Source: Eledone cirrhosa
Taxonomy: Eukaryota
DNA: 64,000 bases
Direction: 5' to 3'
NCBI GenBank assembly: GCA_964016885.1
Contig: OZ024744.1
Location: 100,626,001 to 100,690,000, forward strand
The number at the start of each line of letters is the position of its first letter. Within the stretch, counting starts at the first letter, position 1. Below the pieces are notes generated by a model. The model saw only the letters and a list, made by a program, of their open reading frames with translations, had not been told where the DNA came from and ran no database searches. A program made the position numbers and the translations under genes. Shown here one piece after another: positions 37,464-48,958 of this stretch.

Positions 37464-38633
37464 TCTTTAGTGTTCAAACCACCCAAAACTGGCTGAAATT
37501 ATTTCCCCTTCATTTGTTCAATCCGCCCGAAACCGGCCGATAACACCCACACTAAAATATTGTTCTAAAAATAAACAAACCATCATAAAAATTTCGTCAA
37601 TTCGAGATTACTGCGAGATTAGGCCCTTAAATTAACACTTAATATAGTGAAACAACTTAAAACAACGTGTTTTTTTAACATTGTGTATCAACATGGCTTG
37701 TGAAAGTAGCGATACCGACTTTGAAGGTTTTACACACGATGACATTCAGAATGAACAAGAAACAAAAGATATTAGTGATTTATCTTCAAATGAATCTGAT
37801 GTTTACATTTCTGAAATTTCATCCAACGATGATTGTAGTTTTGAAAGTGAAAACAAAGGAGATCTCCAGGACGCCATTGAAAATATTACAGCAACGTGGT
37901 TGAAAAATACCACACCAATATATGTTCCCGATTTTATTCAAAATACTGGTCCACAACACACATTAGCTCCCAATGCTAAAGCACTTGATTCTTTCTCTTT
38001 TTTTTTAACCACAAACTTTCTTGTGGCATCATCATCATCATCATCATTTCATTTTACGTCTGCTTTTCCCTGCTTGCAAGGGTGGGACGGGAACTGATTC
38101 TGGCTTGATTTCTACAGCTGGATGCCCTTCCTAACACCAACCTCATTTACAGTGAGTGCTGGGTGCTTTTTTGCCGTGGCACCTACACGACCACTTTGCA
38201 GTGGAATGATAAGGACCTCAGTCCCTATCATCTCATTTCTACAGATGAGTAAATTGGAGCAATGTGAAATAAAGTGTCTTGCTCAAGGAAACAACACACC
38301 ACCCGGTCTGAGAATTGAACTCACAACCTTTCGATTGCAAGGCCAATGCTCTAACCACTAAGCCATGTGCCTCCATGTGGCAGAAGAGATTAATCGATAT
38401 GTTTAACAATAGATTTCAAATCGATGAAACTCGATCTGTTATGGCGACTGACAGATGCTGTGGAAACGCAAGCATTTTTTTACCGTAAATATTATGTTCG
38501 GTATGAAACAATTTCCAAGACTGGAATTACTGGAGAACTGATATAAGGTTTAGTGATCCTTATATATCAAGTATTGTGCCGAAAACAACGTATTTAAAAT
38601 TAAACCAGTATTTGCACCTGGTTGATACTTCAA
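37459..38633 (+). mobile_element. piggyBac-like transposon remnant (PGBD4-like transposase, 5' half) split by a SINE and truncated by LINEs
   Basis: TTAActcttt end; acidic N-terminus (SSDTDFEGF), W..F..GP..LDSF; after the SINE VAEEINRY..WRLTDAVETQAFF..MFGMKQFP..YW..YLHLVD. Confidence 0.8.
38029..38375 (-). mobile_element. tRNA/RTE-tail SINE with 7-bp target-site duplication
   Basis: Near-identical to 5423-5762; TGTGGCA at 38022-38028 and 38376-38382. Confidence 0.88.
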
Positions 38634-41627
38634 ATCATCATCATCATCACCGTTTTACGTCCATTCTTCCACGCTAGCATGGGTTAGACGGGTCGTCCTG
38701 TTGCGGGCAGTGTCTGGTCGGCTGACCATGCCTTGCTCATACAGGAAATTATTTGGTTTGATTTCTGGATGCCCTTCCTAACGCCAACCTCATTTACAGT
38801 ATGGGTGCTTTTTTTGCCGTGGCACCTCCACGACCACCTTGCAGTGGGGGGTGTGGGGGCATATTGTCTATATGTTTCAGCTTGTACCCATGGGAGGTCG
38901 GGTACTCTGTATTACTGCGTGACGCCAGAGGTCACGGTCAAGTGTCATCGCCTTTGAGAGGTGTAATTGGGTAAGGTCGGCTTTTATCACCTCATCCCAG
39001 GTAATCTTGGGTCTCACCACTCCGCGGTTCCCATCGACTTCTAGTGCTCTGCACCTTTTTATGCAGCTGTCATCCTTCATACGCATCACATGTCCATACC
39101 AGCGCAACCGCCTCTCCTGCACACAGCATTTGATTCCTCTTATGCTCAGTCTCTCTCTCAATTCATTTATGCTTTGTCGTTCGTGTATATAACTATTACA
39201 AATCGATCGGAGCATGCAGGCTTCGTTTCTCTCTAATCTACGTAAGTGATCCACCTTCAGCGCCCAGGTCTCACTACCATGCAACATTGCTGTTCGGATA
39301 CACGCATCATACAGTCTGCTTTTCATTTTGAGGGAGAAGCCTTTTGCAGCTAGCAAGGTCATTTCCCTGAGGGGATCTGAGTTCTGTTTTCTCGTCTACT
39401 TACAAGGACCTTAGTCTTTGTCATGTTGACTTTGAGACCCTTTCTTTCTAGTCCCTGCTTCCAAGTTTGGAATTTCTTCTCTAGTTCTACCATAGATTCA
39501 GCTATAAGTGCGAGGTCATCAGCATACAGGAGTTCCCATGGGCATCCGGTCTTAAACTCCTCCGTTATTGCCTGCAGGACTATGATGAACAGGAGAGGGC
39601 TAAGAACAGAGCCCTGGTGGACCCCAACCTGTACGCTAAATTCCTTGCTATACTCATTGCTAATCCTAACTTTGCTGACTGCTCCCCTATACATGGCTTG
39701 TACAGCTTTCACAAGCCATTCATCTACTCCTAGTTTTCTAAGAGCCCACCAGATTACAGCACGTGGAACTCTGTCAAAGGCTTTCTCGAGATCGATGAAT
39801 GCCAGGTAGAGTGGCTTACTTTTAGCTAGGTACTTTTCCTGTAACTGCCTCACAAGGAAGAGGGCATCAGTGGTGCCTCTTCCTGGTACAAACCCAAATT
39901 GCATCTCATCTAGTTTCACCCGGTCCCTAATCAACTGTGCTATAACTCTTTGTTACTTTCATGACCTGGTCCATTAGCTTTATACTTCTATAGTTTCCTC
40001 TATCGAGTGCATCACCTTTACCTTTGTAGCAGTTGACAATGATGCTACTGCACCAATCTTTTGGTATGACACCTTCTAGTATTACCTGGTTAACAATACG
40101 TGTGGTTATAGTGTGACCTACAGACCCAGATGCCTTCAGCATCTCGGCAGCTATACCCGATGGACCGGTTGCCTTCCCCATCTTCATATCTTTGATTGCC
40201 TTACTTTCTACGCTGCTGCTGACTTGTACTGCTGGTCGCTCTATAGGGTCTACTTGGGGTAGGGTCTCTTCTTCCCATGCATTCTCCTCATTTAGTAATC
40301 TATCATAATGACTCTTCCATGCATCTTTCTTCTCAGCACTTGTGAGGGCAAGCTCACCTTTATCATTCCGGATACACTTCTCTCCAATGACATCACAATT
40401 CTCTCTGACACACTGCCTCGCAATCTTGAACACCTCCTGTTTCTGGTCCTCACATTGCAAAACATGCTTGAATTTTCTATCCTCTGCTTTCCTCCTAGCT
40501 AAGTATACTTGTCGCCTAGCTACCCTCTTGGTCTCTATGTAATGTACCCTGCTCCCCCCGTTCTTCCATTCTTTCCATGCCTGTCTCTTGGCCTTAACTG
40601 CCTCATCTACCTTATTGTTCCACCACCATGTCCCTCTCCTCCTGCTTGTGGTCTTACTCCAGCCACAGACCTCATCTATCGCCTCTAGTAAGTTATTTTT
40701 TAGGAACTCCCAGTGCTCTTCTCCATTGAGTGTCTCTATCTTCTGTTCTTTACTGTCGTAGGCGTTGAGTAAAATATCTTTAAATCTGTTACTGGCTGAG
40801 GGGTCTTTTAGCTTCCAGATCTTTCTTCTCCAGGTTGGCCTCTGTTTCCAGGTTCGTCTAGTTCTGACTGTGAGGTCGCTGACAACTAAGCTATGTTGGG
40901 AGGTACATTCCTCACTAGGGAAGGCTTTTGTGTTTACGACCGTCCTTCTGTCACGTCCTCTGATGAGGATAAAATCTATCTGACTAGAATGCTCCCTTGA
41001 TCTATAGGTGATCAGGTGGTTGTCGGGTTTTTTGAAGTTTGTGTTACATATCGACATGTCATTGGCGTCGCAAAATTCTAGAAGTCTGAATCCTTCCTCA
41101 TTTCTTGTGCCAACCCCATGGACTCTATTGAAGCCGTCACAGTGTTTATCTATGTGTCCGTTAAAATCTCCTGCGATGATTAGGAAGTCATTGTCGTTTG
41201 TTAGAGCAGTAGTGTGCATTAGGGACTCATAAAATCTATCCTTAAGTTCGTCTGGCAACCCCAATTGGGGTGCGTAAGCTGATATTATTGTGGTAATTGT
41301 TTTATTCAGGACTAGTCTGAGTTTAATGATTCTTGCATTTACCCTGTACACTGAGATTACTTTATCTACCCACTTGTCAGCTAGTAGTATACCTACACCA
41401 CCCATCCCATCGTCATTTCCCACACAGTAAAATTTGTAGCACCGACTTTTTCCTACAAGGACTCTAGCAGACTCTCCTCTCCTTCTAGTCTCTTGCACAC
41501 AGCATACATCAATTTCCTTTTGCTCTAGCATTTCTACGATTTCTCCTGCTCTTCCTTTCATTGTGCTTACATTGATGGTACCAACTCAGAGTTTTGGGCA
41601 TTTGTCGACACTCGTAGGGAAGGGTTG
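38634..41627 (-). mobile_element. RTE LINE family B, near full-length, frameshifted, internal deletion
   Basis: ORF pieces 39927-41561 (endonuclease), 39359-39934 (RT, YADD) and 38877-39362; Cys-finger segment missing; (GAT)n tail. Confidence 0.95.
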
Positions 41628-41659
41628 ATATATATGTTATATATATTATATATATATAT

Positions 41660-44600
41660 TCATCATCATCATCATCAACGTTTAACGTCCGTGTTCCACG
41701 CTTGCATGGGTTTGGACGGGGGTAGTCCCACTTGAGGCAAGAGTGATTGTCTTGCTCGCATAGGACTGTCTGGCAGGTTTTCTACGGTTGGATGCCCTTC
41801 CTAACACCAACCACATTTACAGTGTGGGTCTGGGAGGTTTTTACCGTGTTGCCTACACGGCCACATTACAGCGTGGACTGCGTGTTTTTTTGTCGTGACA
41901 CCTACACGATCTCATTTGTTTCGGCCTCGATGGCACGGCACCAACATAACTTTACATAGAGCGGTGTGGATGGGGTGGTGGTGGTGGGACGGGGTGTATT
42001 TTGTTAGAGATGCCTACTGGCTGGAGTAGGTTTTACTATATATTTAGGTAAGGCGGGTCTTCTCTGTTACTGAGTACCGCCAAAGGTCTCGGTCCAGTGA
42101 CATTGTCTTGGAGAGGTGTAAGTGTGTGATGTCGGAGTTTATCAGCTCGTCCCAGGTTTTTCTAGGTCTGCCTATTCCGTGACTACCGTCTATCTTTATT
42201 GCCCTGCACTTTGTTATACAGCTATCGACTTTCATGCGCATCACGTGTCCATACCAACGTAGCCTTCTCTCGAGTAAACAACATCTGATCCCTCTTATCT
42301 CTAATTTTTTCCTTAGTTCGTTTATGCTTTGCCGTTCACGTATATTACTGTTACACATCCAGCGGAGCATGCAAGCTTCGTTCCTCTCTAGTCTGCGTAT
42401 ATCCTCTGCACACAATGCCCAGGTCTCACTGCCATGCAGCATTGCTGTTCGTATGCAGGCATCGTACAACCTGCCTTTCATTTTTAGGGAGAACCCTTTA
42501 GCAGCTAATAGTGGTATAAGCTCTCTGAACTTTTTCCAACCAGTTCTGACTCTAGCTACAGTACTTTCAGAGCACCCTCCCCCACTGCTGATTTTATCGC
42601 CCAGGTAACGGAAGCTGTCCACTATTTCTATAGAACTCTCTGCGCAATTGAAAGAGCTAGTATTCTGTGGGCACTTGCTGCTACTTATTGCACCAGAACA
42701 CCGGCCACATGTAAAATCTATGTTCTTAGTTAGCTTACCTGTGATCCCACTACATCTTTTATGCACCCATACTTTGCATTTAGGACATAAAATGGAGTTT
42801 CTACCTACGCCTTTCCTACACACCGAGCACGACCATTTCCCAGAAGGGACCGCCGCCTTGTTTTCTTTCCTACAAACTAGTACTTTGGTCTTAGCCAGGT
42901 TAATTTTAAGTCCTTTTGACTCTAGGCCGTGCTTCCATGTTTGGAATTTCTTCTCTAGCTCGGCCATTGATTCCGCTATGAGTGTCAGGTCGTCTGCGTA
43001 TAGGAGTTCCCATGGGCAGCCTGTCTTGAACTCCTCTGTTATAGCCTGAAGGGCAATAATAAATAGTAGGGGGCTGAGAACAGAGCCCTGATGGACGCCA
43101 ACTTTTACGCTAAACTCTTCACTATATTCGTTGTTAATTCTAACCTTGCTGACTGTTTCTTTATACATGGCTTGTATAGCCCTCACAAGCCATTTGTCAA
43201 CGCCTAGTTTTCTAAGAGCCCACCAGATAATGGAGCGGAGGACTCTGCCGAAGGCTTTCTCCAAGTCGACAAAAGCTAAGTAGAGGGGTTTACCTTTAGC
43301 TAGGTACTTCTCCTGTAGTTGTCGTACTATGAAAAGAGCGTCTGTGGTACTTTTGCCTGACACAAACCCGAACTGCATTTCATCTAGGTCAATTCTCTCT
43401 CTGATTAGTTGCGCTATTACTTTTTCCGTGACCTTCATGACCTGGTCGATTAATTTAATGCCTCTATAGTTACTCCTATCTAGGGCGTCTCCTTTACCCT
43501 TATAACAGTTAACGATGATGCTGCTATGCCAGTCCTTCGGAACAACCCCATTCTGTACGACTTGGTTAACTATGCGGGTGACCATGGTGTGTCCCACCGT
43601 GCCAGATGCCTTCAGCATCTCAGCAACTATTTCCGAAGGCCCAGCCGCCTTACCCGTCTTCATATCCTTGATTGCCTTACTTATTATACTCCCCTCGACT
43701 AACACTGCTGGTCCCTCTATTGGGTCGATATGGGGGAGACTGTCTTTCTCCCATTTATTCTCCTCATTTAGTAGCCTTTCATAGTGACACTTCCAAGCTA
43801 CCTTCTTATCAGCGTCGGTGATGGCAAGTGTGCCATCGTCGTTTAGTACACACTTCTCCCCGACAATATCACGGTTTTCCTTGACGCATTGCCTAGCAAT
43901 CCTGAACACCTCACGTTTTTGGTCATCGCGTTGTAGAACATGCTTGAACTTTCTTTCCTCAGCTTCCCTTCTTGCTAAGTACACTTGTCTCCTAGCTTCC
44001 CTCCTGGCCACTTGATAGTCTTCTCTACTTCCCCCATCCCGCCATACTTTCCAAGCCTGCTTTTTGGCCTTAATTGACCCCTCCACCTTACTGTTCCACC
44101 ACCATGTTACTCTCCTCCTGCCTACAGGCCTGCTCCAGCCACAGACTTCGTCTGTCGCCAACAGCAGGTTTGCTTTCAGAAATTCCCACTCTCCCTCTAT
44201 ATTGTCCGACTCTAAATGTTCTTCCTTACTGTCGAAAGCATCAAGTAATATGCTTTGAAATTTATTCCTGGCTGTTGGGTCCTTTAGCTTCCATATTTTT
44301 CTCCTGAGGATAGTCCTCTTCTGCTGTCGAGTACGTCTCGTCCTGACTATGAGGTCGCTAATTATCAGTCTATGTTGGGAGGTGCATTCTTCATGGGGGA
44401 GGGATTTAGTGTTTACAACAGACACTCTGTCACGTCTTCTGGTAAGGATATAATCTACCTGGCTTATGTGTTCCCCGGATCTATAAGTGATCAGGTGATT
44501 GTCACGTTTTTTGAAGTTAGTGTTACAGATAGTTAGGTTATTTGCATCACAGAATTCCAGGATTCTGGAGCCTTCCTCATTTCTAGTACCAAACCCATAG

Positions 44601-45733
44601 CCTCCATGGATTTCGTCGTAGCCGTCACAATGTTGTCCAACGTGACCATTTAGGTCGCCTGCGATAATTATATAGTCACTGTCGGATATTTGGGAGGTAG
44701 TTAGCATCAGTGTCTCATAGAATCTGTCTTTTATAGTGCCGTGCAGTCCGGATTGGGGTGCGTACGCAGATATTACTGTCACCGTAGTTCTATTGAGGAC
44801 AAGTCGTATTTTAATTATTCTGTCGTTCACTCTATTTACGTCTATTATCTTATCTGCCCACTTTTCTGCTACCATGATTCCTACTCCACCCAGCCCATCG
44901 TCGTTTCCCACCCAGAAAAGCTTATAACATCGTTTTTTACCCTCAATGAACCTAGCAGACCCACCCCTCCACCTGGTCTCTTGAATACAACAAACATCGA
45001 CCTCCTTACGTTCAAGCATTTCTACAACCTCGTTAGAGCGACCCTTTAAGGTGCCTACATTCATGGTACCAACTCTGAAGTTTTGGATTGCGTTTGGAGG
45101 GTGTGTGTGTGTGGGGGGGGGGTTATGTTAGCCATCCTGGGGCGAAACAAGGAGGAGTGCTTGCATTCTCGTCCACGAGGTGAATTTGGCTTTATCTTTG
45201 GCATTGTCGCTGAGCGTCCACATTTTTCTCTCTTCAACTCTCCAGAATTCCATAGTCCATCCATCATATCGAAAAGCAACCAGTTAAGCGATAGTATGGG
45301 CCTCTGACTTATGACTGGTCCACGTAATAATGGTGGTGCGTGGGGGCGGGTGGGAGGGATGATGGGTTGCTAGCGAGAATGTAAGGTTTAAGATAAGATC
45401 GCCGTATTTTGGGCATAATTTAACAATAAACAAAAATACAAGATTTGTTTTGTTTAAGAAAATACGATAGAGAAAATGCGGTGATAGGGAAAATATGATT
45501 TTTAGAGAAAAAATATGATATAGAATGGTGAAAATATGATATAGTGTGAAATTAGGACATAGAATAGTGATTGAATGAATGGATTCGAATGGAGAGAAGA
45601 ATCGAGAAAAATATTTGAACGTTACTTTATACCGAAGGAACAGCCATCCCAGAAATAGCGAGTTGGCGATTTTGATTAATTTTGGTAGGGTTTATCTTAT
45701 ATGTATAGAGAGGGAGGGGGGGCAGGAACCAGC
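41660..45733 (-). mobile_element. RTE LINE family C, apparently full length
   Basis: About 670 bp of 5' sequence, an uninterrupted ORF, about 380-bp 3' UTR and a (GAT)n tail; lies between (TA)n tracts. Confidence 0.95.
42044..45064 (-). CDS. RTE LINE ORF: APE endonuclease + reverse transcriptase + PHD-like zinc finger (1006 aa)
   Basis: NVGTL, QETRW, AGDLNGHVG, SQVDYIL, SQHRL (endonuclease); NYRGIKL, QFGF, GVHQGSVLSP, YADD, FRYLG (RT); C-x2-C-x10-C-x2-C-x4-H-x2-C-x14-C-x2-C. Confidence 0.95.
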   Translation of the reverse strand: MNVGTLKGRSNEVVEMLERKEVDVCCIQETRWRGGSARFIEGKKRCYKLFWVGNDDGLGGVGIMVAEKWADKIIDVNRVNDRIIKIRLVLNRTTVTVISAYAPQSGLHGTIKDRFYETLMLTTSQISDSDYIIIAGDLNGHVGQHCDGYDEIHGGYGFGTRNEEGSRILEFCDANNLTICNTNFKKRDNHLITYRSGEHISQVDYILTRRRDRVSVVNTKSLPHEECTSQHRLIISDLIVRTRRTRQQKRTILRRKIWKLKDPTARNKFQSILLDAFDSKEEHLESDNIEGEWEFLKANLLLATDEVCGWSRPVGRRRVTWWWNSKVEGSIKAKKQAWKVWRDGGSREDYQVARREARRQVYLARREAEERKFKHVLQRDDQKREVFRIARQCVKENRDIVGEKCVLNDDGTLAITDADKKVAWKCHYERLLNEENKWEKDSLPHIDPIEGPAVLVEGSIISKAIKDMKTGKAAGPSEIVAEMLKASGTVGHTMVTRIVNQVVQNGVVPKDWHSSIIVNCYKGKGDALDRSNYRGIKLIDQVMKVTEKVIAQLIRERIDLDEMQFGFVSGKSTTDALFIVRQLQEKYLAKGKPLYLAFVDLEKAFGRVLRSIIWWALRKLGVDKWLVRAIQAMYKETVSKVRINNEYSEEFSVKVGVHQGSVLSPLLFIIALQAITEEFKTGCPWELLYADDLTLIAESMAELEKKFQTWKHGLESKGLKINLAKTKVLVCRKENKAAVPSGKWSCSVCRKGVGRNSILCPKCKVWVHKRCSGITGKLTKNIDFTCGRCSGAISSSKCPQNTSSFNCAESSIEIVDSFRYLGDKISSGGGCSESTVARVRTGWKKFRELIPLLAAKGFSLKMKGRLYDACIRTAMLHGSETWALCAEDIRRLERNEACMLRWMCNSNIRERQSINELRKKLEIRGIRCCLLERRLRWYGHVMRMKVDSCITKCRAIKIDGSHGIGRPRKTWDELINSDITHLHLSKTMSLDRDLWRYSVTEKTRLT

Positions 45734-45735
45734 AT

Positions 45736-45766
<31 letters not shown>

Positions 45767-45844
45767 TTATAATATATATATATATTTATAATATATATAT
45801 ATATTTATAATATATATATATATATAATATATATATATATATAT

Positions 45845-45889
<45 letters not shown>

Positions 45890-45958
45890 TATATATTTAT
45901 AATATATATATATATTTATAATATATATATATATAATATATATATATATAATATATAT

Positions 45959-46003
<45 letters not shown>
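45734..46003. repeat. (TA)n microsatellite running into the assembly gap
   Basis: Direct inspection. Confidence 0.95.
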
Positions 46004-46203
46004 NNNNNNNNNNNNNNNNNNNNNNNNNNNNNNNNNNNNNNNNNNNNNNNNNNNNNNNNNNNNNNNNNNNNNNNNNNNNNNNNNNNNNNNNNNNNNNNNN
46101 NNNNNNNNNNNNNNNNNNNNNNNNNNNNNNNNNNNNNNNNNNNNNNNNNNNNNNNNNNNNNNNNNNNNNNNNNNNNNNNNNNNNNNNNNNNNNNNNNNNN
46201 NNN
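46004..46203. other. Assembly gap (200 N)
   Basis: Run of n; true size and relative orientation of the flanks are unknown. Confidence 1.
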
Positions 46204-46229
46204 GTGTTCTATTACTTTATATATATATA

Positions 46230-46686
46230 TGTAAAGTGGTCATGTAGGTGTCACGTCAAAAAGCACCCAGTACTCACTGTAAAGTGGTCATGTAGGCGCC
46301 ATCTCAAAAAGCACCCAGTACTCACTGTAAAAGTGGTCATGTAGGTGTCACGACAAAAAGCACCTAGTCCACACTGTAAAGTGGTCATGTAGGTGAAACG
46401 ACAAAAAGCACCCAGCACCCTGTAAAGTGATCATGTAGGTGTCATGCAAAAAGCACCCAGTCCACATTGTAAAGTGGTTGTGTAGGAGACACAGTAAAAA
46501 CGTTCCCAGTCCACACTGTAAATGTCGTTAGTGTTAGGAAGAGCATCCAGCTGTAGAAAACCTGCCAAATACAGTTCTGTACGAGCGAGATATGGTCATC
46601 CAACCAATCTTGCCTCTAGTGGGACAAACCCATTCAACCCATGCTAGCGTGGAAAATGGACATTAAACGATGATGATGATGATGAT
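46230..46686 (+). mobile_element. RTE/SINE 3' segment with about 7 tandem copies of a ~43-bp UTR unit
   Basis: Unit actgtaaagtggtcatgtaggtgtcacgacaaaaagcacccagtccac, then ggaagagcatccagctgtagaaa and a (GAT)n tail. Confidence 0.85.
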
Positions 46687-46823
46687 AATATATATATATA
46701 TATATATAACGAAGGAAATGTGGTAAGGAACCAAGTGGACCATAACGCACCAAAGTACTCAATACTTAGGGTAGTAGAGTGGGTAATAGGAACAAGTAAG
46801 ACCCGGACGGGGTCTTACTTGTT

Positions 46824-46872
<49 letters not shown>

Positions 46873-46874
<2 letters not shown>

Positions 46875-47480
46875 TCGTCGTCATCATCATCATCATCACC
46901 GTTTTACGTCAATTTTTCCATACTACAATGAGTTAGACAAGTTATGCTGTTGTGGGCAATGCTAGGGCAGGTGACCATGTCTTGCTCATACAGGACTGAT
47001 TTTGGTTTGGTTTCTATGGCTGGATGCCCTTATTAATTAACACCAGCCACATTTACAGTGTGGACTGTGTGCTTTTTGTCGTGACACCTACACGACCATG
47101 TAACAGTGTGGGCTCTGTGCTTCACTGGATGCATACTTCGCACTGCCCTTGTGGGAGATGTATGGGAGGTTGGGGTGGGGTAGTGCATACGGTATATATG
47201 CTTCAGCTTTGGGTTGTCCCTGTGGAGAGTCGGGTCTTCTGTATTACTGCGTAACGCCAGAGATCTCAGTCCTGTGTCATTGTCTTTGAGAGGTGCAACT
47301 GAGCAAGGTCAGCTTTTCCCAAGTCTTCCTGGGTCTTCTCACTCCAAGGCTTCCATTGACTTTAAACACTCTGCACCTTTTTATATGGCTCTCATCCTTC
47401 ATATGCATATCATGTCCATACCAACACAGTCTCCTCTCCTGCACACAGCACTTGATTCGTCTTATTCCTAGTTTCTCTCC
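46873..47480 (-). mobile_element. RTE family B-like 3' fragment
   Basis: (CAT)n tail, UTR motif and decayed C-terminal coding sequence. Confidence 0.85.
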
Positions 47481-47577
47481 TATATATATATATATGTATT
47501 ATTAGGGTAAACATTGATGCAATTCAATTCAAGCACTCAACGTACTTTTTCCACATAGGAGTGACGGAGTAAATATC

Positions 47578-48063
47578 GAATAAGTAAAAGCGAAATAGTT
47601 TCAGATGTTCAAGTCCTTTAATAATAATGCTGTGATATATATTTCAATGATGACACTGGCCACACTGTTCTGTGTGCGAGTGTCGTGACATCATCAGACA
47701 GCTTGTTACATAATAAGGTTGTTTCTGAGGCAATCCAAATTGAATCGACATGGGAACGGATGAAGTTCGTGCTTTTGGGTTTTTCATCCATTCCCCTGTG
47801 AGTACCAATTCACCCCCACCGGTCTGTGCAAGCGCATGTCCGAAGGAAGTTGACCATTAGCACCGCAGATTTCAACGAAATTCGCTGTCAGTGGCCCACC
47901 TATGCCTTGCCTCGGAAACAACCTTATTATGTAACAAGCTGTCTGATGATGTCACGACACTCGCACACAGAACAGTGTGGCCAGTGTCGTCATTGAAATA
48001 TATATCACAGCATTATTATTAAAGGACTTGAACATCTGAAACTACTTCGCTTTTACTTATTCT
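47578..48063. repeat. Near-perfect inverted repeat of about 155 bp with a ~175-bp spacer
   Basis: 47578-47732 is the reverse complement of 47908-48063 with only a few mismatches; (TA)n nearby on both sides. Confidence 0.92.
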
Positions 48064-48112
48064 ATATATATATATATATATATATATGATGTATATATAT
48101 ATTACGTATATA

Positions 48113-48958
48113 CAGGGTGCAGACGATATTTGTTCGTAAGATTACTGTCTAGGAAAAAATAACACAGTAGTTTTATTTTTTAAGATTTATTTATCAAACC
48201 TGGGTCAGTTTGTCTTCATGACTTATTCTTTCGATCTCACTTGATAAATCCGCCATTGGCTTTGATGACGGCCTCAAGGTGGCCTCGGAACCGGCTACAG
48301 GCCTTCGTCACTGTCCCCCGACTTAGGTCCCTAAAGGCACTTGTGATCCTGGCCTTCAGATCGTCTTTCGTATTGTAGCTAGATCTGTTGATGTCTTGTT
48401 CCACTGCGCCCCACACAAAGAAGTCGAGGGGGTTGCAGTCAGGCGAACTGGGAGGCCAGATGTCAGGTGAAGTGTGGTCGACGAAGTTCTCTGACAGCCA
48501 GGCTTGGGTCTTTCGACTGGTATGGCAGGGCGCTGAGTCTTGCTGCCACACGTACAGCCTACCTGCAGCTACCTGGTTGATCCAGGGCTTTACTACCTCG
48601 CTCAGAACACGGATGTAGCCATCAGTGTTCAGCTTGAGGTCCTCAGGGAAGGAGTGAGGTGACATGACATCGCCTTGACTGCTGACGACACCTAGGACCA
48701 ATGTTGTCGCTGGAAACTTTGTCTGCATGACTCTGGGAGTTGATCTTCTGGTCTTATTTGTCCTCCTGGTACGGATTCCAAGAAGAACTCCGTGTCTCTT
48801 CCACAAATTTGGAGGTTCAAAATTATTCATAATCAATTATTCTGAAAATAAATAATGGAAATATAGTCACTGTTTTTATTAAGAAAAGAGTGACAACGGA
48901 AGTAAAAAAAATTTGCATAAAATTAGCAGTTGAAAATTACGAACAAATATCGTCCGCA

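Noticed and set aside
42234-44927. Many 60-150-aa ORFs antisense to the RTE coding regions
   Set aside because: Shadow frames of the LINE ORF, recurring only because the copies are homologous.
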